Shown: one piece after another, positions 14,590 through 24,773 of the stretch | Position numbering within the stretch: the first letter of the stretch is position 1 | Layout of the letters: each line of letters opens with the position of its first letter | Virus record (IMG/VR): IMGVR_UViG_3300017647_000148 | Coordinates: 1 to 42,433 of that record | DNA length: 42,433 nt | Reading direction: 5' to 3' (one strand) | Source of the DNA: a virus | Taxonomy: Duplodnaviria > Caudoviricetes | Notes under the pieces: model-generated | Told to the model about the DNA's origin: nothing | The model's database searches: none | Seen by the model: the letters and a program-made list of their open reading frames with translations, nothing else | Translations under genes and position numbers: made by a program

Positions 14590-16947
14590 ATGGCTGAGCG
14601 GATAGACTTTGCCGCGATTGCCGATGCCGCCCTGGCGCGTGCGTCGGTCCTGGTGCCGCAATGGTTGCCCGGCGGGCGGCGCGAGGGCCACGAATGGCGC
14701 TGTGGCAGCATCCGCGGCGAACCCGGCACATCGTTCGCCGTCAACCTCAATACGGGCGCATGGGCCGATTTCGCGAGCGATTCGGACAGAGGCGGCGATC
14801 TCATCGCCCTGTATGCGGCAATCTTTACCGACGGGGACCAGGGCAAGGCCGCTCGCGAGCTCGCTCAATCCCTGGCCATGGAGCCGCGCACGAGCCCGGC
14901 GCCGGCTCGCAAGTCCGCTCCCAAGCGCACGCCCTGGCAACCCGTTCTGCCCGTGCCGGCCGATGCGCCTGCGCCGCCAGTCGCGCACCCGGTGCGCGGT
15001 CGGCCTGAGCTGCGCTGGGAGTACCGCGCCTGCGCTGGAGAACTGCTGGGCCTGGTGTATCGCTTTCGCACGTCAGACGGCGGCAAAGAGGTCTTGCCCT
15101 GCGTGTGGGCGACCAATCCGGAGCGTGGGCAGGCTGAATGGCGCTGGATCAGCTTCCCGGAGCCACGGCCACTCTATGGGCTGGAACACCTACGCGTTGC
15201 GAAGACCGTCCTTGTGGTGGAGGGCGAGAAGTGCGTCGACGCGGCCAGGGCCGAACTGTCGGAATGGTTCGATGTGGTGTCCTGGCCTGGTGGCGGCAGG
15301 GCAGTGGATAAGGCGGACTGGTCGCCGCTACGCGGGCGCAAGGTCGTTATATGGCCCGACTGCGACAGCAAGCGGGAAAAGGGGGATGCGCCCGAGCATG
15401 AGCGCCCGTTCCTGCCGCAGGAGAAGCAGCCCGGGGTGCTGGCGGCGAAGGCCGTGCTCGCGCAGCTGCTCGCCCAGGACTGCCAGGTGCGCCTGGTCGA
15501 GATTCCCGCCATCGGCGAGAAGCCCGACGGCTGGGATGTGGCCGACGCCATAGCCGACGGCATTACCGGGCGAGCGCTGCGCGACTGGATCGTCGAACGC
15601 CTGCGCGAGCCAGTGAGTGACGTGCGGCCTTCGGCGGCCGATGACGCGCCGGCGGAAGGGGCTTCTACCCCTCAACGCGCTGGCGCGGGCCGTGATCATT
15701 GGACACGCCGACTGCTGCGCAAGCCCCGGGGCGGCTGGGAAGACTGCAAAGAGAACGTGGCCATCGCGCTGGAGGATCACCCGGCGCTGAGGGGGGTGCT
15801 CGCCTACAACGAGTTCTCGGGCCGCATCGAGAAGCGAAAAGCGCCGCCCTGGCCGACCCGTGAGGGCGAGTGGACCGAGGACGATGATCGCGAGCTCGGC
15901 ATGTGGCTGGGCGTGACTTGCGAGCTGCTCATCCGCAGCACTCGGACTGTAGGCGAGGGCGTGCAGATCGTCGCCAACCGCAACCGTCATCACCCGGTGC
16001 GCGAGTGGCTGGAGTCGCTGGTGTGGGACGGCAAGGACCGCAACAGCACCTGGCTACGGGACTGCCTGGGCGTCGAGGGCAGCGAGTACGCGGCCCTGGT
16101 CGGCACGCTCTGGCTCCGGCAGGCCGTCAACCGCATCATGCGGCCCGGCTCGAAGGGGGACTACGCGCTCATCCTGGAGGGGCCTCAGGGTCTACGGAAA
16201 TCGACGGCGCTCAAGCGCCTGGGCGGCGAATGGTTCTCTGACGCGCCTCTGGACCTGAACAGCAAGGACGCCATGATGTCCATCGCCGGCGTCTGGATAT
16301 ACGAGATTGCCGAGCTGGATGCCTTCAACCGGGCGGAATCGACGCGCATCAAGGCGTTCATGACCATGACCGAGGACCGTTACCGGCCGCCGTACGGGTC
16401 GCGGTTCATCACGCAGCCTAGGCAGACCGTGTTCGCCGCGACGACAAACAACGACGAGTACCACAAGGACCCGACCGGCAATCGGCGGTTCTGGTCGGTG
16501 CTCTGCCGCAAGGTCGATCTGGACCTCGTCGAGCGCCAGCGCGAGCAAATGTTCGCGCAAGCCATGGCTGAGGTTCTGGAGGGCAAGCCCTGCTACCCGA
16601 CGCGAGAAGAGGAACGCCGTCTCATCGCGCCCGAGCAGGAGAAGCGCGAAATTGTCGACCCGTGGATGGAATACATCATCCGCTGGACAGGCGACCCGGA
16701 GCGGGCCTTCCAGCAGGAATTCAGCACGGCCGACATTCTCAAGGGGGCTATCCAGATGGCCGCCGACCGCATGGACGGCCAGCGCAGCGCAGCGACCCGC
16801 GTGGGCAACTGCATGAAGAAGCTGGGCTGGGGCAAGCGCCGCGGCGGCAAGGGCGACTATCGGCCATGGGTCTATGTGCGTCCGGAATCGGCTTCGCCGG
16901 GCGGCAGCTCGAATAACGGGGTAGAGGACGATGCTCTGCCCATTTGA
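14590..16947 (+). CDS. Primase (TOPRIM)-VapE/VirE helicase fusion
   Basis: GAWADFA, VVEGEKCVD, IWPDCD and GWDVAD; Walker A GPQGLRKST, EIAEL, YRPPYG, DPTGNRRFW. Confidence 0.9.
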   Translation: MAERIDFAAIADAALARASVLVPQWLPGGRREGHEWRCGSIRGEPGTSFAVNLNTGAWADFASDSDRGGDLIALYAAIFTDGDQGKAARELAQSLAMEPRTSPAPARKSAPKRTPWQPVLPVPADAPAPPVAHPVRGRPELRWEYRACAGELLGLVYRFRTSDGGKEVLPCVWATNPERGQAEWRWISFPEPRPLYGLEHLRVAKTVLVVEGEKCVDAARAELSEWFDVVSWPGGGRAVDKADWSPLRGRKVVIWPDCDSKREKGDAPEHERPFLPQEKQPGVLAAKAVLAQLLAQDCQVRLVEIPAIGEKPDGWDVADAIADGITGRALRDWIVERLREPVSDVRPSAADDAPAEGASTPQRAGAGRDHWTRRLLRKPRGGWEDCKENVAIALEDHPALRGVLAYNEFSGRIEKRKAPPWPTREGEWTEDDDRELGMWLGVTCELLIRSTRTVGEGVQIVANRNRHHPVREWLESLVWDGKDRNSTWLRDCLGVEGSEYAALVGTLWLRQAVNRIMRPGSKGDYALILEGPQGLRKSTALKRLGGEWFSDAPLDLNSKDAMMSIAGVWIYEIAELDAFNRAESTRIKAFMTMTEDRYRPPYGSRFITQPRQTVFAATTNNDEYHKDPTGNRRFWSVLCRKVDLDLVERQREQMFAQAMAEVLEGKPCYPTREEERRLIAPEQEKREIVDPWMEYIIRWTGDPERAFQQEFSTADILKGAIQMAADRMDGQRSAATRVGNCMKKLGWGKRRGGKGDYRPWVYVRPESASPGGSSNNGVEDDALPI

Positions 16948-17023
16948 CCTCGTCATGGGCCTTCGGCCCGTTCACCTTCGCCACTTCCAGGGATGGGTGG
17001 GCACGGTGCGCATGCGCGCGCTG

Positions 17024-17283
17024 CGTCCAACCCGAAAAGGTTGGGCAGAAGGTTGGACGGCTGAAGACCCGCATAAACACTGGGTTTGTCCAACCGTCCA
17101 ACCTGTCCAACCTAGTTTCTACGCATGCACGGGCGCGCACGCACGCGAGACGTGCGCAATGTTGCGGGATTCCACTTTGAAACTGGAATTCAGGTTGGAC
17201 AGGTTGGACGGTTGGACAAAGCTAGGAAAGACGCGGCTTCTGAGGCGTCCAACCCCTGTCCAACCTTGAGCGAGGTTGGACGG
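17024..17283. repeat. Putative replication origin with GTCCAACC iterons
   Basis: Perfect 29-bp inverted repeat 17085-17113/17192-17220, each arm with three GTCCAACC units; further copies on both sides. Confidence 0.7.
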
Positions 17284-17511
17284 ATGAGTAAAGGACTTCG
17301 AGACCAGATGCCAGAGGTGGCGGCCTTCGTCGATTCCTTGCGCGATGTTTTCGGCAAGGCGTCCATCGACGGGCAGATTCGGCGAGGGATCGCCGGCGAG
17401 CCGGTGTTTTACGCGAGCGAGAACGGGCACGAGATTGGCACGCCGCTGCCAGGGATGGAGCGGTTCAAGACAGCAGCGAGGGATGACGATGGAACGGATA
17501 GGCTGGGTTGA
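17284..17511 (+). CDS. Phage hypothetical protein
   Basis: LRDQMPEVAAFVDSLRDVFG...FYASENGHEIG. Confidence 0.7.
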   Translation: MSKGLRDQMPEVAAFVDSLRDVFGKASIDGQIRRGIAGEPVFYASENGHEIGTPLPGMERFKTAARDDDGTDRLG

Positions 17512-17893
17512 CCAGCGGCTGAAGGAATGGGCCAGCTGGGTGGAAAGCGGCGGCGGCGGGTATGGGTGCCCGGCCGTCTATGACGAGAACCGTGTCGATC
17601 AGACGGCCGACGTGAGGGCAGGGTTGCGCAACACCGATCCCGCGGTGGACGCATCGGCCCTGGACACCGACCGCGCCGTCGCGGCGCTCCCGCCCGATGT
17701 GAAGCGTACGGTGATCGCTGCGTACCGCTGGGAAGGTGGCCAGCAGGCGATAGCGGACAAGCTGGGCATCACCCGGGCCACGCTGCACCGTCGGCTGTGC
17801 CATGCCGACCGGCGTATCGCCGAGTGGTTCGAGATGAGGCGGCAGCGTGCGGCCGATATCCGTAACAACTTGAATTATGCGACTTATACATGA
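17483..17893 (+). CDS. Antitermination Q-like late regulator
   Basis: RLKEWASW, TDRAVAALP and C-terminal HTH IADKLGITRATLHRRL; precedes the late operon. Confidence 0.75.
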   Translation: MTMERIGWVDQRLKEWASWVESGGGGYGCPAVYDENRVDQTADVRAGLRNTDPAVDASALDTDRAVAALPPDVKRTVIAAYRWEGGQQAIADKLGITRATLHRRLCHADRRIAEWFEMRRQRAADIRNNLNYATYT

Positions 17894-17950
17894 GCGCGCA
17901 TAATCCGGTACATTCCAGCGGAGCTTGCGACACTAGCACGCTGAAACCGA

Positions 17951-17983
17951 AGGCCCGGCCCACACAGCCGGGCCTTTTCTTTT
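17951..17983 (+). terminator. Terminator at the start of the late operon (tR'-like)
   Basis: AGGCCCGGC-CCACACA-GCCGGGCCT followed by a T-tract. Confidence 0.75.
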
Positions 17984-17985
17984 GC

Positions 17986-18061
17986 GGTGGGGTAGCGCAG
18001 TTGGCAGCGCGTCGGGCCCATAACCCGAAGGTCGCAGGTTCGAATCCTGCCCCCGCAACCA
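17986..18061 (+). tRNA. tRNA-Met(CAT), initiator-like and atypical
   Basis: 76-nt cloverleaf: GGTGGGG / GCGC D-stem / TCGGG-CCCATAA-CCCGA / GCAGG-TTCGAAT-CCTGC / CCCCGCA-A-CCA. Confidence 0.85.
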
Positions 18062-18161
18062 TTCTTGGCAGCCCCCGTAGCTGGGATCGGTCTGGCGCAA
18101 AGTCATCGCCTCCCTCCGCGTTGTGGCCCGCATCGTAATTCCAGCAGGGCAGAAGTACTCC

Positions 18162-18527
18162 ATGGCTACCGCATCGCCCAAGCCTTGCCGTCATGCCGGG
18201 TGTCCGGCACTCGTCTATGACGGCTCGGGCTGGTGTGACCGCCACCGGCCGGCGGCCTGGTCGGAGAAGCGCGGCGGATCGACGAAGCGCATCACTGGCC
18301 GCAAGCTGCAGCGCATGCGCGCTGAGCTGTTCGCCAGCGAGCCGTTGTGCGCGGAGTGCCTGCGCCAGGGACGCGTGAGATTGGCGACCCAGCGGGACCA
18401 CATCCGGCCGCTCTTCGAGGGTGGCACGGAAGACCCGTCGAACGTGCAGGGCCTGTGCGACGCCTGCCACGACGTGAAGAGCCTGGCCGAGCGGCAGCGG
18501 GCCCAGGGTAGGACGACGTACAGATGA
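18162..18527 (+). CDS. Terminase-associated HNH endonuclease (HK97 gp74-like)
   Basis: PLCAEC, DHIRP, GGT and NVQGLCDACH. Confidence 0.88.
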   Translation: MATASPKPCRHAGCPALVYDGSGWCDRHRPAAWSEKRGGSTKRITGRKLQRMRAELFASEPLCAECLRQGRVRLATQRDHIRPLFEGGTEDPSNVQGLCDACHDVKSLAERQRAQGRTTYR

Positions 18528-19030
18528 AGCCAATCCCGAAACTTCACGGCTACTTCGCGACAGAGGAAGGAGCCATTATCTCGATGCGTTCAGGGCAGCC
18601 CCGGGCTATCCGTCAGCGCCTGAACGATGGCTACCAGGTCGTGACGTTGAGCGTCTGTGGGCACGGCAAGGCAAAGCGCAGGCACCGATTTGACGTGCAC
18701 CGTCTGGTCCTGCTGGCCTATGCGGGTGAACCGGCGTCACCAGGGATGCAGGCTCGGCACCTGAATGGTGTGCGAGCTGACAACCGACCCAGCAATCTGT
18801 CTTGGGGCACGCCTCAACAGAATGCCGCCGACGCGATTGCGCACGGCACACTCGGGCCGGGCATGAGAGCACGTCATCGACGATTGAGCGAGCACGAGGT
18901 TCAGCGGATCGTGGAACGAAGGCTCGCCGGCGAAGCGGTCGCCGTCCTGGCATCCGAGTTCAACGTGAGCAAGGGATACATCCCGAAGCTGGTGAGCGGC
19001 GCTCGGTGGGCGTGCATCGGCCGACCGTGA
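18524..19030 (+). CDS. HNH homing-type endonuclease with C-terminal HTH
   Basis: VHRLVLLAY, RHLNGVRADNRPSNLSWGT-xx-QN. Confidence 0.85.
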   Translation: MKPIPKLHGYFATEEGAIISMRSGQPRAIRQRLNDGYQVVTLSVCGHGKAKRRHRFDVHRLVLLAYAGEPASPGMQARHLNGVRADNRPSNLSWGTPQQNAADAIAHGTLGPGMRARHRRLSEHEVQRIVERRLAGEAVAVLASEFNVSKGYIPKLVSGARWACIGRP

Positions 19031-19153
19031 TCGAGTGACAGGAGGGGTGGCCAGAAACTTCACTGGCTCTAGACGGAAACCGGCCGCCCAGTCTTCTTTT
19101 TCGCACGCTTCATTTTTGGAATAGGGGGGGGGTTAGCCGCCCTCCCGACGATC

Positions 19154-19663
19154 ATGGCAGCACAACATCCATATCCCGTACCTGCAGCAGGGGCCGGGCC
19201 GGGGACAGTTGCGCCCGACGCGAACGTTGTCCCGGTGGAAACGCCGGATCCCGCGGCCAAGCTGAGCGCGAAGGAGAAGCGCGTATGGGACCACGTGACG
19301 GCCGCCTTGCGCGACTGCGGTCTGATCCACCGCACCGACGCGATCATGCTGACGGTCATCTGCCGGACGTTCATTCGGTGGGTGGATGCCGAGGAAGAAC
19401 TGAGCAAGCTGATCAAGGACAACAAGGGCTCGTACCTGGTGACGACGCCGAAAGGGTACGAGCAGCCGCACCAGCTGTTCTACCTGACGCGCACGCTCAA
19501 GCGCGAGCTGTTGCAGTGGCTGCCTGAGGCGGCGCTCACCATCCCCTCGTTCCAGAAGGTGATGGGCGAGCGCGCGCTGCCGGGCCAGGGTGACCTGTTC
19601 GGCGACGACCCCGTGGAGAGCCACCGCCGCCGCCGGACGGCCGCGGGGATGCGCGCGGTATGA
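19154..19663 (+). CDS. Terminase small subunit (P27-like)
   Basis: Position before terL; AKEKRVW, GLI-x-RTD pattern. Confidence 0.8.
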   Translation: MAAQHPYPVPAAGAGPGTVAPDANVVPVETPDPAAKLSAKEKRVWDHVTAALRDCGLIHRTDAIMLTVICRTFIRWVDAEEELSKLIKDNKGSYLVTTPKGYEQPHQLFYLTRTLKRELLQWLPEAALTIPSFQKVMGERALPGQGDLFGDDPVESHRRRRTAAGMRAV

Positions 19664-21333
19664 CGCCGGTCCAGTCGTATGACTGGGAGTGGTACGGCCG
19701 TGAGGTCATGGCTGGGCGCATCCCGGTTTGCCGTCTGACGCGGCTGGCTGTGGAGCGCCACTATCGTGATCTGGAGACCGGTGCGGAGCGCGGCCTGTGG
19801 TTCTCCGAGGCGCTGGCGCAGCACGCGCTGGAGTCGTTCCTGTTCCTGCGGCATTCGAAGGGAGAGTGGGCAGGCCGCCAGTTCGAGCTGGCGCCATGGC
19901 AGCAGTTCTGGATCGCGCTGGCGTTCGGCTGGATGCGCCTCGACGGCACGCGGCGGTTCCGGGAGGTGTGGGAAGAGGTCCCGCGCAAGAACGGCAAGTC
20001 GACCAAGCTGGCCGGCATCGGCCTGTACCTGTTCACCTTCGACGGTGAGGGTGGCGCGGAGGTGTACAGCGCGGCGACCAAGATGGAGCAGGCCAAGATC
20101 ACGCACAGCGAAGCCGTGCGCATGGTCGAGGCCTCGCCCCACCTCAGGCGAAGTCTGGCGATCCGGCTGAACGAGATCTACGACCCTCGGCCGGGGCGGG
20201 CGGACAAGTTCATGCCCCTGGGGCGTGATGCCAAGAGCCTGGACGGCCTGAACCCGCATGGCGGCATCTTGGACGAGGTGCATGCGCACCCGACGCGCGA
20301 GATCTACGACGTGATCAAGTCCGGCATGGGCTCGCGCAAGCAGCCGATGATCTGGCAGATCACGACGGCTGGTTTCGATCTTTCGTCGTTCGGTTACCAG
20401 CAGCATGAGTATGCCGAGAAGGTGCTGGAAGGCATATTCGAAGACGACGAGCTACTGGTCATCATCTACACCGTCGATCACCCAGACCGCTGGGACGACC
20501 CGGTGGAGATGGCCAAGGCCAACCCGAACCTCGGGGTGTCGGTGTACGAAGAGCAGCTGCGGGCGATGGTGGAGCGGGCCAAGCGCCAGCCCAGCGAGCT
20601 GCCGAACGTGCTGACCAAGCGGCTGAACATCTGGCTGCGTGGGGGTTCGCGCTGGGTGCCGGCTGACTCCTGGAAGGCGTGCGGCGACAGCAGCCTGAGC
20701 ATCGAGGACTTCGCGGGCGAGCCCTGCTGGGTCGGGCTGGACCTCGCCGAGAAGAAGGACGTGGCGGCGCTGTGCATCGTTTTCAAGCGCGACGGCAGGT
20801 ACTACGCGTTCTTCAGGCTGTACCTGAACGAGGAACAGGTGCAGGCGCCCGAGAACCGGCACTACTTTGCCTGGGAACAGTCGGGACACCTGATCATGAC
20901 GCCGGGCAACGCCACGGACTTTGATGTGATCCGGCGCGATCTGGTGGACCTGTCGAAGCAGGTCTCGGTGCAGGAGGTCGTGTACGACCCGAAGTTCGCC
21001 ACGTATTTCGCAGCGAAGCTGCGCGATGAGGACGGGTTGCTCATGGTCGAGATGCCCCAGACCTCCAGCCGGTTCACGTTGCCGATTGTGTCGGTCGAAA
21101 ACTTGGTTTTGACGAAGGACCTGCAGCACGACGCCAATCCAGCCGTGGCCTGGATGATCAGCAATGTGGTGATGCGGGAGTCGAAATTCTCCGGCCTGAA
21201 GCATCCGACCAAAGAGAAACCCGAGAACAAGATCGACGCCGCCATCGCGCTCATCCAGGCCATGAGCCGGGCGCTCAGCTCGGATGGCGAACCCGATATG
21301 TCCGATTATTTCAAGAACCCGGTGGTGGGATGA
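19660..21333 (+). CDS. Terminase large subunit
   Basis: PRKNGKST, LDEVHAH, ITTAG, GLDLA and KIDAA. Confidence 0.95.
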   Translation: MTPVQSYDWEWYGREVMAGRIPVCRLTRLAVERHYRDLETGAERGLWFSEALAQHALESFLFLRHSKGEWAGRQFELAPWQQFWIALAFGWMRLDGTRRFREVWEEVPRKNGKSTKLAGIGLYLFTFDGEGGAEVYSAATKMEQAKITHSEAVRMVEASPHLRRSLAIRLNEIYDPRPGRADKFMPLGRDAKSLDGLNPHGGILDEVHAHPTREIYDVIKSGMGSRKQPMIWQITTAGFDLSSFGYQQHEYAEKVLEGIFEDDELLVIIYTVDHPDRWDDPVEMAKANPNLGVSVYEEQLRAMVERAKRQPSELPNVLTKRLNIWLRGGSRWVPADSWKACGDSSLSIEDFAGEPCWVGLDLAEKKDVAALCIVFKRDGRYYAFFRLYLNEEQVQAPENRHYFAWEQSGHLIMTPGNATDFDVIRRDLVDLSKQVSVQEVVYDPKFATYFAAKLRDEDGLLMVEMPQTSSRFTLPIVSVENLVLTKDLQHDANPAVAWMISNVVMRESKFSGLKHPTKEKPENKIDAAIALIQAMSRALSSDGEPDMSDYFKNPVVG

Positions 21334-22625
21334 AACCAAAGACCAAGCGAGTGGGCCGGGTACGAGCGGCGATCCTGGGGTGGCTCGGGGCACCGTTCGG
21401 ACTGACCGACGCGGATGCCTGGGCCCGCCTGGGGGTGTCGTCTTCGGCCGGCATCAATGTCAACAACACGAATGTGCTGACGCTGTCGGCCGCATGGGCC
21501 TGCGGGCGCTTGATCTCGGAGACCATTGGCACGCTGCCGCTCGGCATGTACGAGAAAACCCGCGACGGGCGGCGCCCGGCGCCGCAGCATCCGCTGGACT
21601 TCATTCTGGGGACCCAGCCGAACAGCGACACGGTGTCGTCAGTCCACTGGGAAGCGGTGATCGCCGCCATGCTGTTCCGGGGCGCGGCCCGGTGCGAGAG
21701 GTTGATGGTCGGCGACCGGCTGGTGGGCCTCGAATTCCTGAACCCGGATCGGCTCACCATCACCCGCGGCGCGGACGGTAACAAGGAATACCGGTACACC
21801 GACGACAGCGGGCGGCAGCGCAAGATCCCGGCCTCGCGCATCTGGACCATTCCGGGGTTCTCGCTGGATGGCAAGAACGGTGTCTCAGTCATCCGGTATG
21901 GGGCGAACGTTTTCGGAGCCGCCCTGGCGACAGACCAGGCCGCCACCGGCACCTTCAAACGTGGCCTGATGCCGACCGTCTGGTTCAAGTATCCCCAGCT
22001 CCTGAAGAAGGAGCAGCGCGAAGAAGCCCGGGAGATGATCGAGAACCGGCTGTCTGGCGCCATCAACGCCGGCAAGCCCGCCATCCTGGAGAACGGGATG
22101 GAGGTCGGAAATCTGGGCATCAACCCGGACGACGCGCAGCTGCTGGAGTCTCGCCGGTTTTCTGTCGAGGAGATCTGCCGCTGGTTCCGGGTTCCGCCGT
22201 GGATGGTGGGCCACACCGACAAGAGCACCAGCTGGGGTACCGGCATCGAGCAACAGATGATCGGGTTCTTGACCTTCACGCTGGCGCCCTGGCTCAAGCG
22301 GATCGAGCAGTACATCGTCAAGGACCTGATGAGCCCGGCCGAGCGCGGCCGGTACTACCCCAAGTTCGCGGTCGAGGGCCTTCTGCGTGCCGATAGCGCT
22401 GCTCGTGCTTCCTTCTACAGCGTCATGGTGAACAACGGCATCCTTACCCGCGACGAGGTTCGCGAGCTGGAAGACCGCGCACCGATGGGTGGCAATGCTG
22501 CCGTCCTGACCGTTCAGACTGCTCTGGCGCCGCTGGACACCATCGGCGAGACCACGGCCGATCAGCAAGCCCGCGCAGCGCTCGCTGCGTGGCTCAAGGA
22601 TTCCCTCGCGGAACCGACTACCTGA
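21330..22625 (+). CDS. Portal protein (HK97 family)
   Basis: DAQLLESRRFSVEEICRWFRVPP, GILTRDEVR. Confidence 0.95.
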   Translation: MKPKTKRVGRVRAAILGWLGAPFGLTDADAWARLGVSSSAGINVNNTNVLTLSAAWACGRLISETIGTLPLGMYEKTRDGRRPAPQHPLDFILGTQPNSDTVSSVHWEAVIAAMLFRGAARCERLMVGDRLVGLEFLNPDRLTITRGADGNKEYRYTDDSGRQRKIPASRIWTIPGFSLDGKNGVSVIRYGANVFGAALATDQAATGTFKRGLMPTVWFKYPQLLKKEQREEAREMIENRLSGAINAGKPAILENGMEVGNLGINPDDAQLLESRRFSVEEICRWFRVPPWMVGHTDKSTSWGTGIEQQMIGFLTFTLAPWLKRIEQYIVKDLMSPAERGRYYPKFAVEGLLRADSAARASFYSVMVNNGILTRDEVRELEDRAPMGGNAAVLTVQTALAPLDTIGETTADQQARAALAAWLKDSLAEPTT

Positions 22626-22636
22626 GGTAATTCCCC

Positions 22637-23512
22637 ATGAGCATGAAATCCCTTCCGCGTGCAGCGGAGGGCCGCCCCTGCGCGGCCATTGCGAGCCACC
22701 TGTCGCCGCGGGCGCTGGAACGTTGGGACGCCGGCCTGCGTGCCGCCGCCGACGACGACGAGGACCGCTCCATCAGCATCTATGACGTGATCGGCTACGA
22801 CTGGTGGACCGGCGAGGGCGTGACGATGAAGCGCGTCGCTGGGGCGCTGCGGAGCCTCGGCGCGGGCCCGGTGACCGTCAACATCAACAGCCCCGGCGGC
22901 GACATGTTCGAAGGGCTGGCGATCTACAACCTGCTGCGCGAGCACAAGGGGGAGGTCACCGTCAAGGTTCTGGGCCTGGCGGCGAGCGCCGCCTCGATCA
23001 TCGCCATGGCCGGGGACAAGCGCCAGATCGCCCGCGCGGGCTTCTTCATGATTCACAACTGCTGGGTGGTCGCCTCCGGCAACCGCCATGACCTGCGCGA
23101 GATCGCCGACTGGATGGAGCCGTTCGACGCGTCGATGGCTGACATCTACCTGGCACGCACCGGCCTGAAGTTGGCGGAAGTCCAGAAGCAGATGGACGGC
23201 GAGACCTGGATCGGCGGTTCCAGCGCCGTCGAGCAGGGCTTCGCGGACGAGCTGCTGGCTTCCGACCAGGTCGGCAAGTCCGAATCCAAGGCTTCGGCCA
23301 GCGCGGTGCGCCGAGTCGAGGCTGCCATCCGGGCGGCTGGCCTGCCGCGCAGCGAGGCCCAGCGCCTGATCCACGAATTCAAGTCCAGCCTGAGCGACTC
23401 GGCTGGCAGCGGTGAGCGCGATGCCACCGAACGCAGCCTGAGAGACTCGGCTGCATTGAGCACCACCGCCTCCCTGGCGGCATCTCTCACCAACATCATC
23501 CCAACGAGGTAA
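22637..23512 (+). CDS. ClpP-type head maturation protease
   Basis: INSPGGDMFEG, GLAASAAS, MIHN and ETW. Confidence 0.93.
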   Translation: MSMKSLPRAAEGRPCAAIASHLSPRALERWDAGLRAAADDDEDRSISIYDVIGYDWWTGEGVTMKRVAGALRSLGAGPVTVNINSPGGDMFEGLAIYNLLREHKGEVTVKVLGLAASAASIIAMAGDKRQIARAGFFMIHNCWVVASGNRHDLREIADWMEPFDASMADIYLARTGLKLAEVQKQMDGETWIGGSSAVEQGFADELLASDQVGKSESKASASAVRRVEAAIRAAGLPRSEAQRLIHEFKSSLSDSAGSGERDATERSLRDSAALSTTASLAASLTNIIPTR

Positions 23513-23514
23513 TC

Positions 23515-24720
23515 ATGTCTCATCCCGAAAAAGACATCGAGAATATCAACGCCAGCCTGAAGGAAATCGGCGACCAGCTCAAGTCGTACGCCGACCGCGC
23601 CGACAAGGAAATCAAGGCCCACCAGAAGCTGTCCGAGGAAACCCGGGCCAACGTGGACAAGCTGCTGACCCAGCAGGGTGAGCTGCAGGCTCGACTGGCC
23701 ACCGCGGAGCAACTGCTGGCGAAGGTGCAGAACGGCGGCGGCGATGCGGCCGGACCGCGCACCGTCGGCGAGCAGATCACCGAGAGCGACGAGTTCAAGG
23801 CCTTCGCTGCCAACCCCCGCGGCAGCTTCCGCATGGGCGTGCAGGCTGCGATCACCACCGGTGCGGGCTCGGCCGGCGATCTGGTGGTGCCGGACCGTAT
23901 CCCGGGCATTCAGGCGCCCGCGCTGCGCCGTCTGACGATCCGCGACCTGATCAGCTGGGGCCGCACGACCTCGAACAGCATCGAGTATGCCCGCGAGCTG
24001 GTCTTCACCAACAATGCGGATGTCGTGTCCGAGAATCCGTCGGGCGGCAAGCCCCAGTCGAACATCACGTTCGAGGCCGACAGCGCGCCCATCGTGACCA
24101 TCGCGCACTGGGTGCCGGCATCCAAGCAGGTGCTGTCCGACGTGCCGATGCTGCAGAGCTACGTCGATGGCCGCCTACGCTACGGTCTGAAGTTCAAGGA
24201 AGAAGCGCAACTGCTCAAGGGCAGTGGCGTGGGCCTGAACATCGACGGCATCTACACGCAGGCGTCCTCGTACGCCAACCCGGGCGTGGCCGTGCAGGCG
24301 GAAACCCGCATCGACCGGCTGCGCCTGGCGCTGCTGCAGGTGGAGCTGTCCGAATACTGGGCCGACGGCATCGTGATCAGCCCGCTCGACTGGGCTGCCA
24401 TCGAACTGACCAAGACCACGGACAACGCCTACCTGTTCGCCAACCCGCGCGCCCAAAACCTGCCCGGGCTCTGGGGTCGCAACGTCGTGCCAACGCAGGC
24501 CATGGATGCGGGCGACTTCCTGGTCGGTGCGTTCGGCGGCGGCCTGGCCGTGGAAGGCTGGGACCGCGAGGATGTCAGCGTCACCATCTCGCTGGAAGAC
24601 CGCGACAACTTCATCAAGAACATGGCCACCATCCTCTGCGAAGAGCGCGTGGGCCTGACCGTGTATCGGCCCCAGGCCTTCGTGAAGGGCGATTTCACCG
24701 GGCTCGAAGTCGCGTCGTAA
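23515..24720 (+). CDS. Major capsid protein (HK97 fold)
   Basis: Coiled-coil delta domain, RLTIRDL, TIAHW, LWGRNVV and EERVGL. Confidence 0.95.
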   Translation: MSHPEKDIENINASLKEIGDQLKSYADRADKEIKAHQKLSEETRANVDKLLTQQGELQARLATAEQLLAKVQNGGGDAAGPRTVGEQITESDEFKAFAANPRGSFRMGVQAAITTGAGSAGDLVVPDRIPGIQAPALRRLTIRDLISWGRTTSNSIEYARELVFTNNADVVSENPSGGKPQSNITFEADSAPIVTIAHWVPASKQVLSDVPMLQSYVDGRLRYGLKFKEEAQLLKGSGVGLNIDGIYTQASSYANPGVAVQAETRIDRLRLALLQVELSEYWADGIVISPLDWAAIELTKTTDNAYLFANPRAQNLPGLWGRNVVPTQAMDAGDFLVGAFGGGLAVEGWDREDVSVTISLEDRDNFIKNMATILCEERVGLTVYRPQAFVKGDFTGLEVAS

Positions 24721-24773
24721 GCAGTTGAGGCTGGCGGCGGTGCCGCCAGCTTCTCTTCTCGATGGGGAATCAA

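Noticed and set aside
17024-17283. CRISPR array or MITE
   Set aside because: Repeats are 8-mers in both orientations without regular spacers; no cas genes or target-site duplication.
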